Virus record (IMG/VR): IMGVR_UViG_3300032219_000250 | Span: 1 to 60,344 of that record | DNA: 60,344 bases | From: a virus | Lineage: Duplodnaviria > Caudoviricetes | Direction: 5' to 3' (one strand) | In this document: positions 1-8,050 of the stretch, in pieces | Position numbering within the stretch: position 1 is the stretch's first letter | Layout: every line of letters starts with the position of its first letter | Position numbers and translations under genes: made by a program | The notes under the pieces: model-generated | Told to the model about the DNA's origin: nothing | Databases searched by the model: none | What the model saw: the letters and a program-made list of their open reading frames with translations, nothing else

Positions 1-1
1 C

Positions 2-274
2 AGCAACACAAGCGTTTCCGCAACAGACGGCAACTACACCATTACCAGAACTGGCGCAGACACCTTCACTCTGACTGACATCAACAGTGGCACGATCACG
101 TCTACTGCGGCTTCGTATGTCAGCGGTGGTGGTCGTTGGTTGATGACTTACGAAATTGACAGCACTGATACTTTTAGTAACGCGCCGTTTATTCCGGGTG
201 AAGGTGTATTAGCCGTTAATGGCATCTACGCCTTGATGACCAACATCGACTCGGTACAGATTTACTATGGCTGA
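2..274 (+). CDS. 3' part of a virion structural protein whose 5' part is at 60208..60344 (spans the circular junction)
   Basis: Open frame SNTSVSATDGNYTITRTGADTFTLTD...IPGEGVLAVNGIYALMTNIDSVQIYYG* ending TGA 272-274; in frame with the ORF starting at 60208 if the ends are joined. Confidence 0.75.
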   Translation, partial: SNTSVSATDGNYTITRTGADTFTLTDINSGTITSTAASYVSGGGRWLMTYEIDSTDTFSNAPFIPGEGVLAVNGIYALMTNIDSVQIYYG

Positions 275-1007
275 AGTCAAACAAGCAACTCTCAGTGGTC
301 GCAAGCTGTTCATAGGCATCCCTGCCTATGACGGCAAGCTCAACATCAAGACCGCATACGGTCTGGCTCAACTGATGCCAGAAGCGATGCGCCTTGGTGT
401 GGCTGTAACCCTCTCGGATATTTCAAATTGTTCGCTCATCACGTTGGCGCGTAACGCCCTCGTGCACGAATTCTTGAAGACCGATTGCACAGAGTTGTTG
501 TTTGTCGATGCCGATGTGATCGTGACCCCTGAAGACATCCTTCGCTTGATGGCGCAGGGCGGTACACAAGACATCTCCGCTGGCGCGTATCCGCGCCGTG
601 CGCGAGACAAAAGATTTTTCACTGACCTGTACTGGGATGAGAACGCGAACCTTGAGTTCGTTGGCTCTCTCTTGCGTGTGAAGCGTGTGGGTACAGGTTT
701 TATGTTGATTCAACGCCACGTCATCGAGAAGATGATTGAGGCACATCCCGAGTGGGAATACTCAAACACGGATGGTGCGAAGCTCCACGCTTTGTTTGAT
801 TTCGGTATCGTGAACGGGCAGTATGTCGGTGAAGACTACTTGTTCTGTGATCGTGCCACGCAACTCGGATTCAAGGTCTACATTGATGTGGACATTAGCT
901 TGCCTCATGTGGGCACCGAAGCATTCACCAGTAACTTCCGCGAGGAAGTTGTTATGCCGCTGTTGGAGAACATCCATCAGTCGCGCTTGAAAGTTGCAAA
1001 TGGCTAA
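267..1007 (+). CDS. GT-A fold (family 2-like) glycosyltransferase
   Basis: LFIGIPAY start, ARNALV, DxD motif LLFVDAD, GTGFMLI, GEDYLFC, terminal H-x-G. Confidence 0.85.
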   Translation: MAEVKQATLSGRKLFIGIPAYDGKLNIKTAYGLAQLMPEAMRLGVAVTLSDISNCSLITLARNALVHEFLKTDCTELLFVDADVIVTPEDILRLMAQGGTQDISAGAYPRRARDKRFFTDLYWDENANLEFVGSLLRVKRVGTGFMLIQRHVIEKMIEAHPEWEYSNTDGAKLHALFDFGIVNGQYVGEDYLFCDRATQLGFKVYIDVDISLPHVGTEAFTSNFREEVVMPLLENIHQSRLKVANG

Positions 1008-1245
1008 ATCACCAGCATGGACGAGAAAAGAAGGAAAGAACCCGAAAGGTGGCTTGAACGCCAAGGGTCGGGCCTCTGCGAAAAAGCAAGGCATGAATTT
1101 GAAACCGCCCCAGCCCGAAGGCGGCAAGCGGCGCGACTCCTTCTGCGCGAGGATGACTGGGATGAAGGAAAAACTCACCAGCGCAAAAACCGCGAAAGAC
1201 CCCAATTCGAGGATTAACAAATCGCTCAAGGCGTGGAATTGTTAA
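1000..1245 (+). CDS. small basic phage protein (resembles DUF6321-type proteins)
   Basis: MAKSPAWTRKEGKNPKGGLNAKGRAS...RRDSFCARM...SLKAWNC; overlaps upstream stop. Confidence 0.7.
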   Translation: MAKSPAWTRKEGKNPKGGLNAKGRASAKKQGMNLKPPQPEGGKRRDSFCARMTGMKEKLTSAKTAKDPNSRINKSLKAWNC

Positions 1246-1254
1246 GGAGAAAAT

Positions 1255-1524
1255 ATGTTTGACCTAAATCAACCTGCACCTTCACCACAACCACAGCCAA
1301 CTCCATCGTCGAGCGACAGATTAAACTTTCAGGATAAAAAGTTTAACCTCAAGGATGCGCTATCAGTCGATGCGTTTGGGGGAAAAATTACGCCAGCAAA
1401 AGTTGGTCAAGGTTACGGCCTCAGATTTGAAAAAAAGTTTTCAAAAGGTGGCAAGGTTAGCTCTGCTTCCAGCCGCGCAGATGGTATAGCCCAACGTGGC
1501 AAAACTCGTGGAAAGTTGTGCTGA
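1255..1524 (+). CDS. small protein with C-terminal KGG..SAS.RADG.A.RGKT.G tag
   Basis: SD AAGGAG; shared C-terminal motif. Confidence 0.75.
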   Translation: MFDLNQPAPSPQPQPTPSSSDRLNFQDKKFNLKDALSVDAFGGKITPAKVGQGYGLRFEKKFSKGGKVSSASSRADGIAQRGKTRGKLC

Positions 1525-1525
1525 C

Positions 1526-1762
1526 ATGGAAATGATGATCTGGAATGTGGTCTTGTCCTTAGTGATTGGATTGTTAGGCTACATGATGAATGAAAAGTTC
1601 AGGGAACTGACTCGTATTACGATCTTGCTGAACAAAACCCGTGAGGAGGTTGCCCGTGATAACGTCACTCAAGCAGAAGTGGATCGGATTACGAACCACA
1701 TTGACCAACGCTTTAACAAACTTGAAGCAAAGATTGACCAACTTATTCAAGCGGGGCGATGA
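1526..1762 (+). CDS. small membrane protein (N-terminal TM helix plus coiled coil)
   Basis: MEMMIWNVVLSLVIGLLGYMM hydrophobic segment, then heptad-like C-terminus. Confidence 0.65.
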   Translation: MEMMIWNVVLSLVIGLLGYMMNEKFRELTRITILLNKTREEVARDNVTQAEVDRITNHIDQRFNKLEAKIDQLIQAGR

Positions 1763-2142
1763 TGCCCAGCACAAGTAAGAAGCAACACAATTTCATGGCG
1801 GCTGTGGCTAACAACCCAAAGTTTGCTAAGAAAGCAGGAGTCCCGCAGTCCGTGGGGAAAGACTTTAACGAGGCCGACAAAGGCCGTAAATTTTCAAAAG
1901 GTGGTGATATGGCTTCCAAAATGAATCCCGGGTTTATGGCAATGATGGCTAAGAAAAAAGCCGAAGCTAAACCAGCAGGTAAAAAAACAATGCCTATGAA
2001 GGCAGGTGGTGCAACTAAGAAGATGATGGGTGGCGGCATGGCCTACGCTAAAGGTGGCTCTGCTTCTGCTCGTGCTGATGGTGTTGCTACAAAAGGCAAG
2101 ACCAAAGGCAAGATGCTCAACAAAGGCGGCATGGCCTGCTAA
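1759..2142 (+). CDS. Lys/Gly-rich small protein with the RADG tag
   Basis: ATGA overlap with upstream gene; YAKGGSASARADGVATKGKTKG near C-terminus. Confidence 0.75.
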   Translation: MMPSTSKKQHNFMAAVANNPKFAKKAGVPQSVGKDFNEADKGRKFSKGGDMASKMNPGFMAMMAKKKAEAKPAGKKTMPMKAGGATKKMMGGGMAYAKGGSASARADGVATKGKTKGKMLNKGGMAC

Positions 2143-2154
2143 TCGGAGACTACT

Positions 2155-2676
2155 ATGTCTAAAAAACTTAGCGCGTTTGAACAAGCCTTTGCCGATGCCC
2201 GTAAGGATGGCAAAAAAGAGTTTGAATTCAAAGGCAAAAAATTTAACACTCGCCTAGCTTCGGAAGAGACTGCCTCTGTTGGTGGTAAGCCCAAAGCTGG
2301 TGAATATGTTCCTCGTGATTCCGACGCTCGCAAGGGCGAAGCAATGACTTCTAAGAACTACGTCCCTCGTGACTCTGACGCTCGCAAGGGCGAAGCGATG
2401 ACTTCTAAGAACTACAAGCCACGTGATAACTACGTGCGCAGTGGTCAGCAGTCTATGGACACCGAGACTGAGTTTGTGCCGCCCGATATGAGCGCGTACA
2501 AGCCTCGTCGTACCCCCGGCCCTTTGTCTGATGTGACCAAGCCCGGTACAGGTACAAACTACGAGAACACCGAGATTTCAGATATGTCGTTCAAGCGCGG
2601 CGGTTCTGTGCCTTCTGCCTCTCGCCGTGCTGATGGTTGCGCCCAACGTGGTAAGACCAAAGGCCGTTTAATCTAA
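2155..2676 (+). CDS. basic protein with internal 18-aa tandem repeat and RADG tag
   Basis: SD GGAG; FEQAFADARKDGKKEFEFKGKKFNT N-terminal motif; C-terminal FKRGGSVPSASRRADGCAQRGKTKG. Confidence 0.8.
   Translation: MSKKLSAFEQAFADARKDGKKEFEFKGKKFNTRLASEETASVGGKPKAGEYVPRDSDARKGEAMTSKNYVPRDSDARKGEAMTSKNYKPRDNYVRSGQQSMDTETEFVPPDMSAYKPRRTPGPLSDVTKPGTGTNYENTEISDMSFKRGGSVPSASRRADGCAQRGKTKGRLI
2305..2427 (+). repeat. 54-nt tandem repeat (2 full copies plus a partial one) encoding YVPRDSDARKGEAMTSKN
   Basis: Copies start at 2305, 2359 and 2413. Confidence 0.9.
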
Positions 2677-2685
2677 GGAGCCAAC

Positions 2686-3072
2686 ATGCCTAAACTAAAA
2701 GACCTCGCACTTCCTGAAATGGTTCCTGCCGCCGCCGCAAAAGCAGGTCGTCGCAAGATGATGGCGATGGAGATGGAAGATGCTAGGAACGCAGAAAACA
2801 TGCGCAACTACAAACCCCGCCGTCCTGAGGTGACTCTGGATGATGTGGTGACTCCTGAGACTCGTCTAAAACGCGCCGCAATGATGCAGGACGCAAAAGA
2901 TCAAATGATGCGACCCAAGATTGACGACGCTTACGAAGCCTCACGCACTACCCCCTACAAAAAGGGTGGTTCTGTGAGTTCTGCTTCTTCGCGTGCTGAT
3001 GGTTGTGCCGAGCGCGGTAAGACCAAGGGTACGATGATCATGTGCGGCGGTGGAATGGCGCGAGGCAAGTAA
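2686..3072 (+). CDS. small protein with RADG tag
   Basis: SD AAGGAG; YKKGGSVSSASSRADGCAERGKTKG. Confidence 0.8.
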   Translation: MPKLKDLALPEMVPAAAAKAGRRKMMAMEMEDARNAENMRNYKPRRPEVTLDDVVTPETRLKRAAMMQDAKDQMMRPKIDDAYEASRTTPYKKGGSVSSASSRADGCAERGKTKGTMIMCGGGMARGK

Positions 3073-3350
3073 TGAGAGCCAGTCGCGGCATGGGTGCCGT
3101 CAACCCTAGCAAGATACCCAAGGGCAAGAAAATCCTGCGTAAGGATGCACTTGAGCCTGTGGAAATCTTTAAGGAAGGTGGCTCCGTAAACTCTGCGGGT
3201 AACTACACCAAGCCATCGCTTCGCAAGAAGATCGTGTCGCAGGTAAAAGCCGCCGCAACACATGGTACTGGCGCGGGACAATGGTCTGCGCGTAAGGCTC
3301 AGTTGGTTGCCAAGAAGTACAAAGCCGCTGGTGGTGGGTACAAGGACTGA
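3072..3350 (+). CDS. small basic phage protein
   Basis: TAATG coupling; NYTKPSLRKKI...GQWSARKAQLVAKKYKAAGGGY. Confidence 0.75.
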   Translation: MRASRGMGAVNPSKIPKGKKILRKDALEPVEIFKEGGSVNSAGNYTKPSLRKKIVSQVKAAATHGTGAGQWSARKAQLVAKKYKAAGGGYKD

Positions 3351-3351
3351 C

Positions 3352-3585
3352 ATGAAAGCACCGCAACAATCCCTGAAAGACTGGGGCGACCAGAAGTGGC
3401 GCACCAAGTCTGGCAAACCGTCGTCAAAGACGGGGGAGCGGTATTTGCCTGAGAAGGCTATCAAGTCCTTGACCTCTTCGGAGTATGCCGCTACAACCCG
3501 TGCCAAACGTGCGGGTAAGGCTCAAGGTAAACAGTTTGTGGCCCAGCCCAAGGCGGTTGCAAAGAAAACAGCGGGGTATCGTTAA
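3352..3585 (+). CDS. small basic phage protein (DUF5872-like)
   Basis: QQSLKDWGDQKWRTKSGKPSSKTGERYLPEKA motif; starts 2 nt after upstream stop. Confidence 0.7.
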   Translation: MKAPQQSLKDWGDQKWRTKSGKPSSKTGERYLPEKAIKSLTSSEYAATTRAKRAGKAQGKQFVAQPKAVAKKTAGYR

Positions 3586-4518
3586 ATGACGACCACAGGC
3601 GTATCCAACTTTGACATGAACTTCACGGAGATCGCTGAAGAAGCGTACGAACGTGCAGGTCGTGAGATGCGCTCGGGCTATGACTTGCGCACAGCGCGTA
3701 GGTCTATGAACTTGCTTACGATTGAGTGGGCAAACCGTGGCATCAACATGTGGACGATTGAGCCGGGCACATTCAACCTTGTGCAGGGTCAGTTCTGCTA
3801 CCCCATTCCAGTGGACACCATCGACTTGATTGAGCACCAGATTCGCACACAAGCTAACAGTGTGTCGAATCAGGCCGACCTCACCATAACACGTATCAGC
3901 GTATCCACCTACGCCACAATCCCCAACAAGTTGACACAAGCACGGCCTATTCAGGTCATGGTGCAACGTCTGTCGGGGCAAGAGTCGATCACTTCTACGT
4001 TGGCAAGCACAATCACTGCAACGGATACGACCATCACGTTGGTTAACGCCACGGGTCTTCCTGCGTTTGGATTCATCAAGATTGACAGCGAGTACATCAA
4101 CTACTCGTACATCACAGGCAACACCCTGTACAACTGTTTCCGCGCACAGAACAACTCCACTGCCGCCGCGCATACTGCCGCCGCTAACGTGTATTGGGCT
4201 GATCTCCCTGCGGTGACTGTGTGGCCTGTTCCTGATCAAGGTACTGTGTCAACACCGTACTATCAGTTCTCGTATTTCCGCATGCGCCGAGTCCAGAACG
4301 CTGGCTCGGGTGTGCAGACTCCTGACTTGAATTTCCGCTTCCTCAATTGTTTGGTAGCGGGGCTTGCGTACTATGTGGCGATGAAGTTGCCTGAGTCCGC
4401 AGGTCGGTTGGAAATGCTCCAAGGGGTTTATGAGCAACAGTTTGCTCTTGCCGCTGGTGAAGACCGTGAGAAGGCACCGGATCGTTTTGTGCCTCGCCAA
4501 TACTTCATTGGTGGCTGA
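3586..4518 (+). CDS. virion neck / head-tail adaptor-like protein
   Basis: EIAEEAYERAG...ARRSMNLL..EWANRG N-terminus; location in the structural operon. Confidence 0.6.
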   Translation: MTTTGVSNFDMNFTEIAEEAYERAGREMRSGYDLRTARRSMNLLTIEWANRGINMWTIEPGTFNLVQGQFCYPIPVDTIDLIEHQIRTQANSVSNQADLTITRISVSTYATIPNKLTQARPIQVMVQRLSGQESITSTLASTITATDTTITLVNATGLPAFGFIKIDSEYINYSYITGNTLYNCFRAQNNSTAAAHTAAANVYWADLPAVTVWPVPDQGTVSTPYYQFSYFRMRRVQNAGSGVQTPDLNFRFLNCLVAGLAYYVAMKLPESAGRLEMLQGVYEQQFALAAGEDREKAPDRFVPRQYFIGG

Positions 4519-4520
4519 TC

Positions 4521-4949
4521 ATGGGAAATAGGTTTGCATCAGGTAAGAAAGCGATTGCCGAGTGTGATCGCTGTGGCTTTCGTTTTAAGCTCAAAGACCT
4601 GACCAAGCTGATCATCAAGACCAAGCAGGTCACGATCAAGGTGTGCCCCGAGTGTTGGGAACCTGATCAACCGCAGTTGCAGTTGGGTATGTACCCAGTG
4701 GACGATCCGCAAGCGTTGCGCGAACCACGTCCCGATTTGAGTTATACGCAGTCGGGATATACCGGACTGCAAGTGCTTACGGCACCAAGCACCAACAAAG
4801 ATGGTGATGGGGTACCGGGCGAAGGTAGCCGTGTATTCCAGTGGGGATGGAACCCTGTTGGTGGTTCGCGGTTAAATGATGATGGACTGACACCAAACTA
4901 CTTGGTATCGGTGTCAGAAGTTGGTACAGTAACAATTGTCACGACATAG
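4521..4949 (+). CDS. Zn-finger (CxxC...CxxC) virion-associated protein
   Basis: AECDRCGF...VCPECWEPDQPQL. Confidence 0.65.
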   Translation: MGNRFASGKKAIAECDRCGFRFKLKDLTKLIIKTKQVTIKVCPECWEPDQPQLQLGMYPVDDPQALREPRPDLSYTQSGYTGLQVLTAPSTNKDGDGVPGEGSRVFQWGWNPVGGSRLNDDGLTPNYLVSVSEVGTVTIVTT

Positions 4950-4958
4950 GAGCTAGAC

Positions 4959-5138
4959 ATGGACAAGAAAGACTTGAAACAAGACAAGAAGATGATTGCA
5001 GGTGCTGTGCACAAGCACGAGAAAAAACTGCATCCCGGCAAGCCGATGACTAAGTTCGCCAAGGGCGGCGTCACTTCGGCAAACGCCAAAAAATTTGGTC
5101 GCAACCTTGCACGCGCCAAGAACCAGTCTGGAGGCTAA
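4959..5138 (+). CDS. 59-aa basic protein (not in the ORF track)
   Basis: SD AGGAG; MDKKDLKQDKKMIAGAVHKHEKKLHPGKPMTKFAKGGVTSANAKKFGRNLARAKNQSGG*; fills the gap between neighbours. Confidence 0.8.
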   Translation: MDKKDLKQDKKMIAGAVHKHEKKLHPGKPMTKFAKGGVTSANAKKFGRNLARAKNQSGG

Positions 5139-5140
5139 TC

Positions 5141-5407
5141 ATGGCTAAGTTCAGCAAAAAGTTGATGGGCAAAGAAGTTGGCGATGCCAAAGTCTATGCC
5201 ACACCGCACACGATGGATGGCAAAGTTGTGAAGGCATCTACCAATCCCGGTAGCGGCCCCAACCACAGCAAGCTCGACACCGTGGATATGGGCGTGGGCA
5301 GTTACAGCAAGTCTGGTGGCGAGAAGCCAACCAAGACCAGCGGTATTAAGATTCGCGGTACAGGTGCGGCTACCAAAGGTTTGATGGCCCGAGGCCCAAT
5401 GGCGTGA
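5141..5407 (+). CDS. small basic protein ending in GIKIRGTGAATKG (tag variant)
   Basis: SD GGAGG; tight spacing. Confidence 0.75.
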   Translation: MAKFSKKLMGKEVGDAKVYATPHTMDGKVVKASTNPGSGPNHSKLDTVDMGVGSYSKSGGEKPTKTSGIKIRGTGAATKGLMARGPMA

Positions 5408-5414
5408 GGTTAAT

Positions 5415-6077
5415 ATGACGTACACCGAACTCGTTACGTTTGTGTCTGACATCTGTGAGAACACGTTTCCCACAGTTGACATGGACATGTTCATCAAGCA
5501 AGCAGAACAGAAGATTTACAACACTGTTCAGATTGCAAACTTGCGCAAGAACGTGACTGGATTGACGACTGCTAACAACAAGTACTTGTCTGCTCCTAAC
5601 GACTTCTTGTCGGTGTACTCCATTGCAATCTACCCATTGACAGGCGCAAACGCCAACGAGTACACCTACTTGCTCAACAAGGATGTGAACTTTATTCGTG
5701 AAGCGTATCCCAAGGCCACTGACACGGGGCAACCCGCGCATTACGCCATCTTTGGCCCTAACTCCGCACTGCCTAATGAACTTACGTTCATCCTTGGCCC
5801 CACACCGGATGTGCAGTACGGCACCGAGCTTCACTACTACTATTATCCCGAGTCTATCGTCACCGCTAATACAACTTGGCTTGGCGATAATTTCGATTCT
5901 GCTCTCCTCAACGGCACGTTGATTGAGGCAATTCGTTACATGAAGGGTGAAGCCGACATGGTTGCACTGTATCAGGGCATGTACGACCGTTCGATGGTTC
6001 AGTTGAAACAGTTGGGCGATGGCAAGCAACGTCAGGATATGTATCGTGACGGTCAAGTTCGTGTACAGGTGGTCTGA
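5415..6077 (+). CDS. tail tubular A / adaptor-like protein
   Basis: MTYTELV...FIKQAEQKI...GQPAHYA...GPTPD..Y..ELHY pattern typical of podovirus adaptors. Confidence 0.6.
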   Translation: MTYTELVTFVSDICENTFPTVDMDMFIKQAEQKIYNTVQIANLRKNVTGLTTANNKYLSAPNDFLSVYSIAIYPLTGANANEYTYLLNKDVNFIREAYPKATDTGQPAHYAIFGPNSALPNELTFILGPTPDVQYGTELHYYYYPESIVTANTTWLGDNFDSALLNGTLIEAIRYMKGEADMVALYQGMYDRSMVQLKQLGDGKQRQDMYRDGQVRVQVV

Positions 6078-6496
6078 TGTCCTTTCAACAAACGCTTACC
6101 ACCAGCTTCAAGCAACAGATTTTGCTGGCACAGCAAGACCTCTCTACGGACACGCTCAAGCTGGCGTTGTACACGGGTCTTGCTACGCTTGGCCCTAGCA
6201 CTACCGTGTACGACACTTCGTATGAAGTTGTTGGTACGGGCTACACAGCAGGTGGAAACATCCTCACAGGCGTGACGATAAGTACGTCTGCCAACGGTGT
6301 CGTGTACGTGGACTTCGCCAATTCCGTTTGGAATCCTGCGGCGTTCACGTGCCGTGGCGCTTTGATTTACAACTTCAGCAAAGGCAACAAGTCCATTGCT
6401 GTGTTGGATTTTGGGGCAGATAAAACTTGTCAAACCTCGTTCACAGTGCAAATGCCTGAGAATAATTCCACATCTGCGCTTTTGCGCTTTAATTAA
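6077..6496 (+). CDS. tail/neck structural protein
   Basis: SFKQQIL...LKLALYT...EVVGTGYTAGG...RGALIYN...VLDFGADK. Confidence 0.6.
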   Translation: MSFQQTLTTSFKQQILLAQQDLSTDTLKLALYTGLATLGPSTTVYDTSYEVVGTGYTAGGNILTGVTISTSANGVVYVDFANSVWNPAAFTCRGALIYNFSKGNKSIAVLDFGADKTCQTSFTVQMPENNSTSALLRFN

Positions 6497-6506
6497 GGAG
6501 TCAACT

Positions 6507-7088
6507 ATGTTGAACGTCAAAGCATCTTCTCAAGACACCATTGGTGCAATGCTGACCCGCGCCGCAAGCGCCGATGGTCACGCCCAAGCTGGCGGTGTAT
6601 TTTCAATCGAGTGCCGTGACTCTGAGGGCAACCTCAAGTGGTCTGAAGCACTGCACAACCTCGTGGTGAACGTGGGTTTGCAAGACATGAACACCAAGTA
6701 CTTCTCTGGCAGTTCTTACACTGCCACTTGGTACATTGGTCTGTATGGTGCTGGCGCATCTAACACACCTGCCGCATCAGATACCATGTCTTCACACGCT
6801 GGCTGGACTGAAATTGTCCCATACAGCAACGCTACACGCCCCGCATGCACGTTTGGTACAGCTTCCACTGCTGATCCATCGGTGATTACTAACTCTGCTT
6901 CCCCTGCGGCGTTTACCATCAACGCAACTGCCACTGTTGGTGGCGCGTTCTTAACCAGTAATAACACCAAGAGTGGCACGACAGGTACCCTGTTCTCCGC
7001 TTCTGACTTTGCCGCCCCCGGTGACCGTGTGGTTGCCTCTGGTGACACATTGAACGTGACCTACACGTTCAGCCTCGACGCCGCATAA
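6507..7088 (+). CDS. tail structural protein
   Basis: SD AAGGAG at 6495-6500; W...NLVVNVG...WYIGL...GTLFSA...GDTLNVTY. Confidence 0.65.
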   Translation: MLNVKASSQDTIGAMLTRAASADGHAQAGGVFSIECRDSEGNLKWSEALHNLVVNVGLQDMNTKYFSGSSYTATWYIGLYGAGASNTPAASDTMSSHAGWTEIVPYSNATRPACTFGTASTADPSVITNSASPAAFTINATATVGGAFLTSNNTKSGTTGTLFSASDFAAPGDRVVASGDTLNVTYTFSLDAA

Positions 7089-7098
7089 GGAGACACAC

Positions 7099-7278
7099 AT
7101 GGCTACTGCTTTTAAAAAAGGTGAAGTTGTAAAGCTCTCCGCTGTTGTGCCACAAGGCCCAGTGATCGCCCTGCGCATGGATGAGAACGGTGTCGTTCAA
7201 TATCTGGTGGAGTGGAAAGATGCTGACAACGTGACGCATCAACGCTGGTTTGACGAAGACCAATTAACCGGAGCCTGA
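7099..7278 (+). CDS. 59-aa small beta-barrel (SH3-like) protein (not in the ORF track)
   Basis: SD AAGGAG; MATAFKKGEVVKL...YLVEWKDADNVTHQRWFDEDQLTGA*. Confidence 0.75.
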   Translation: MATAFKKGEVVKLSAVVPQGPVIALRMDENGVVQYLVEWKDADNVTHQRWFDEDQLTGA

Positions 7279-7279
7279 T

Positions 7280-8038
7280 ATGGCTGAAGGCGGCTGGGGT
7301 TCTGGCACTTGGGGTGAAGCTGGATGGGGTATGTCGGTTTACTACCGCGACACCTCGGACACAGCTACGACCTCAGATGCAGAAGCAGTCGCTGGAAGCA
7401 CGTTGAGTGGCGCGGTTAACGAGATTGCCGAAGGCATAGACTTTGTAGCACCGTTCCACAACTACTTTGTAGGTGTTGAGGATGGTGCGTCAGTCAGTGA
7501 TGCCTCGTCGGTAGCGGCAAGCACGTTGGGTGTGTCTGTAAGTGAAGCCGCTACGATGTCTGACGCCAATTCCGCACAACAAGTATTTGCAACGGCGGTA
7601 TCAGAGTCTGCTACGGGCGCAGAATTATTGGATGCCGAACAAACTTTTAATTCTCAAATTGCAGAAACTGCCACGGGTTCTGATGCTCTTGACGCCAACT
7701 TTGCGTATTTTGCAAGTGTCAGCGAAACTGCAACTGCTTCAGAAACCAACGTAGCCCAGCAGATTTTTGAAACTGCGATGTCCGAAAGTGCCACAGGGTC
7801 AGAAACAATTGCTGTCAAACAGGTGTTTGACTCTCGGGTTGCCGAGTCTGCTACGGCTTCGGAGATAGATGTAGTATCGGCCTCAATTTTCTACGTATAC
7901 CTAACAGAAAATGCCACGATTGCAGACGCTCTTACCGCCCGGTTCCTTTGGGAACCAATTGATGACAATCAAGACGCAAACTGGCAAAATATCAATGATG
8001 CGCAAACCCAAAGTTGGACTCCAGTCCAGACAGTCTAA
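7280..8038 (+). CDS. acidic repeat-rich virion protein
   Basis: GWGSGTWGEAGWG N-terminus; ~19-aa SE(S/T)AT(G/A)S(E/D) repeats. Confidence 0.65.
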   Translation: MAEGGWGSGTWGEAGWGMSVYYRDTSDTATTSDAEAVAGSTLSGAVNEIAEGIDFVAPFHNYFVGVEDGASVSDASSVAASTLGVSVSEAATMSDANSAQQVFATAVSESATGAELLDAEQTFNSQIAETATGSDALDANFAYFASVSETATASETNVAQQIFETAMSESATGSETIAVKQVFDSRVAESATASEIDVVSASIFYVYLTENATIADALTARFLWEPIDDNQDANWQNINDAQTQSWTPVQTV

Positions 8039-8050
8039 TAAGGAAAACAC

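Noticed and set aside
3424-4239. Long antisense ORFs in the track (also 18285..18995, 20220..21038, 32987..33712, 58649..59416 and others)
   Set aside because: They lie opposite well-supported genes, lack SD sites and recognisable motifs, and are best explained as codon-bias shadows.
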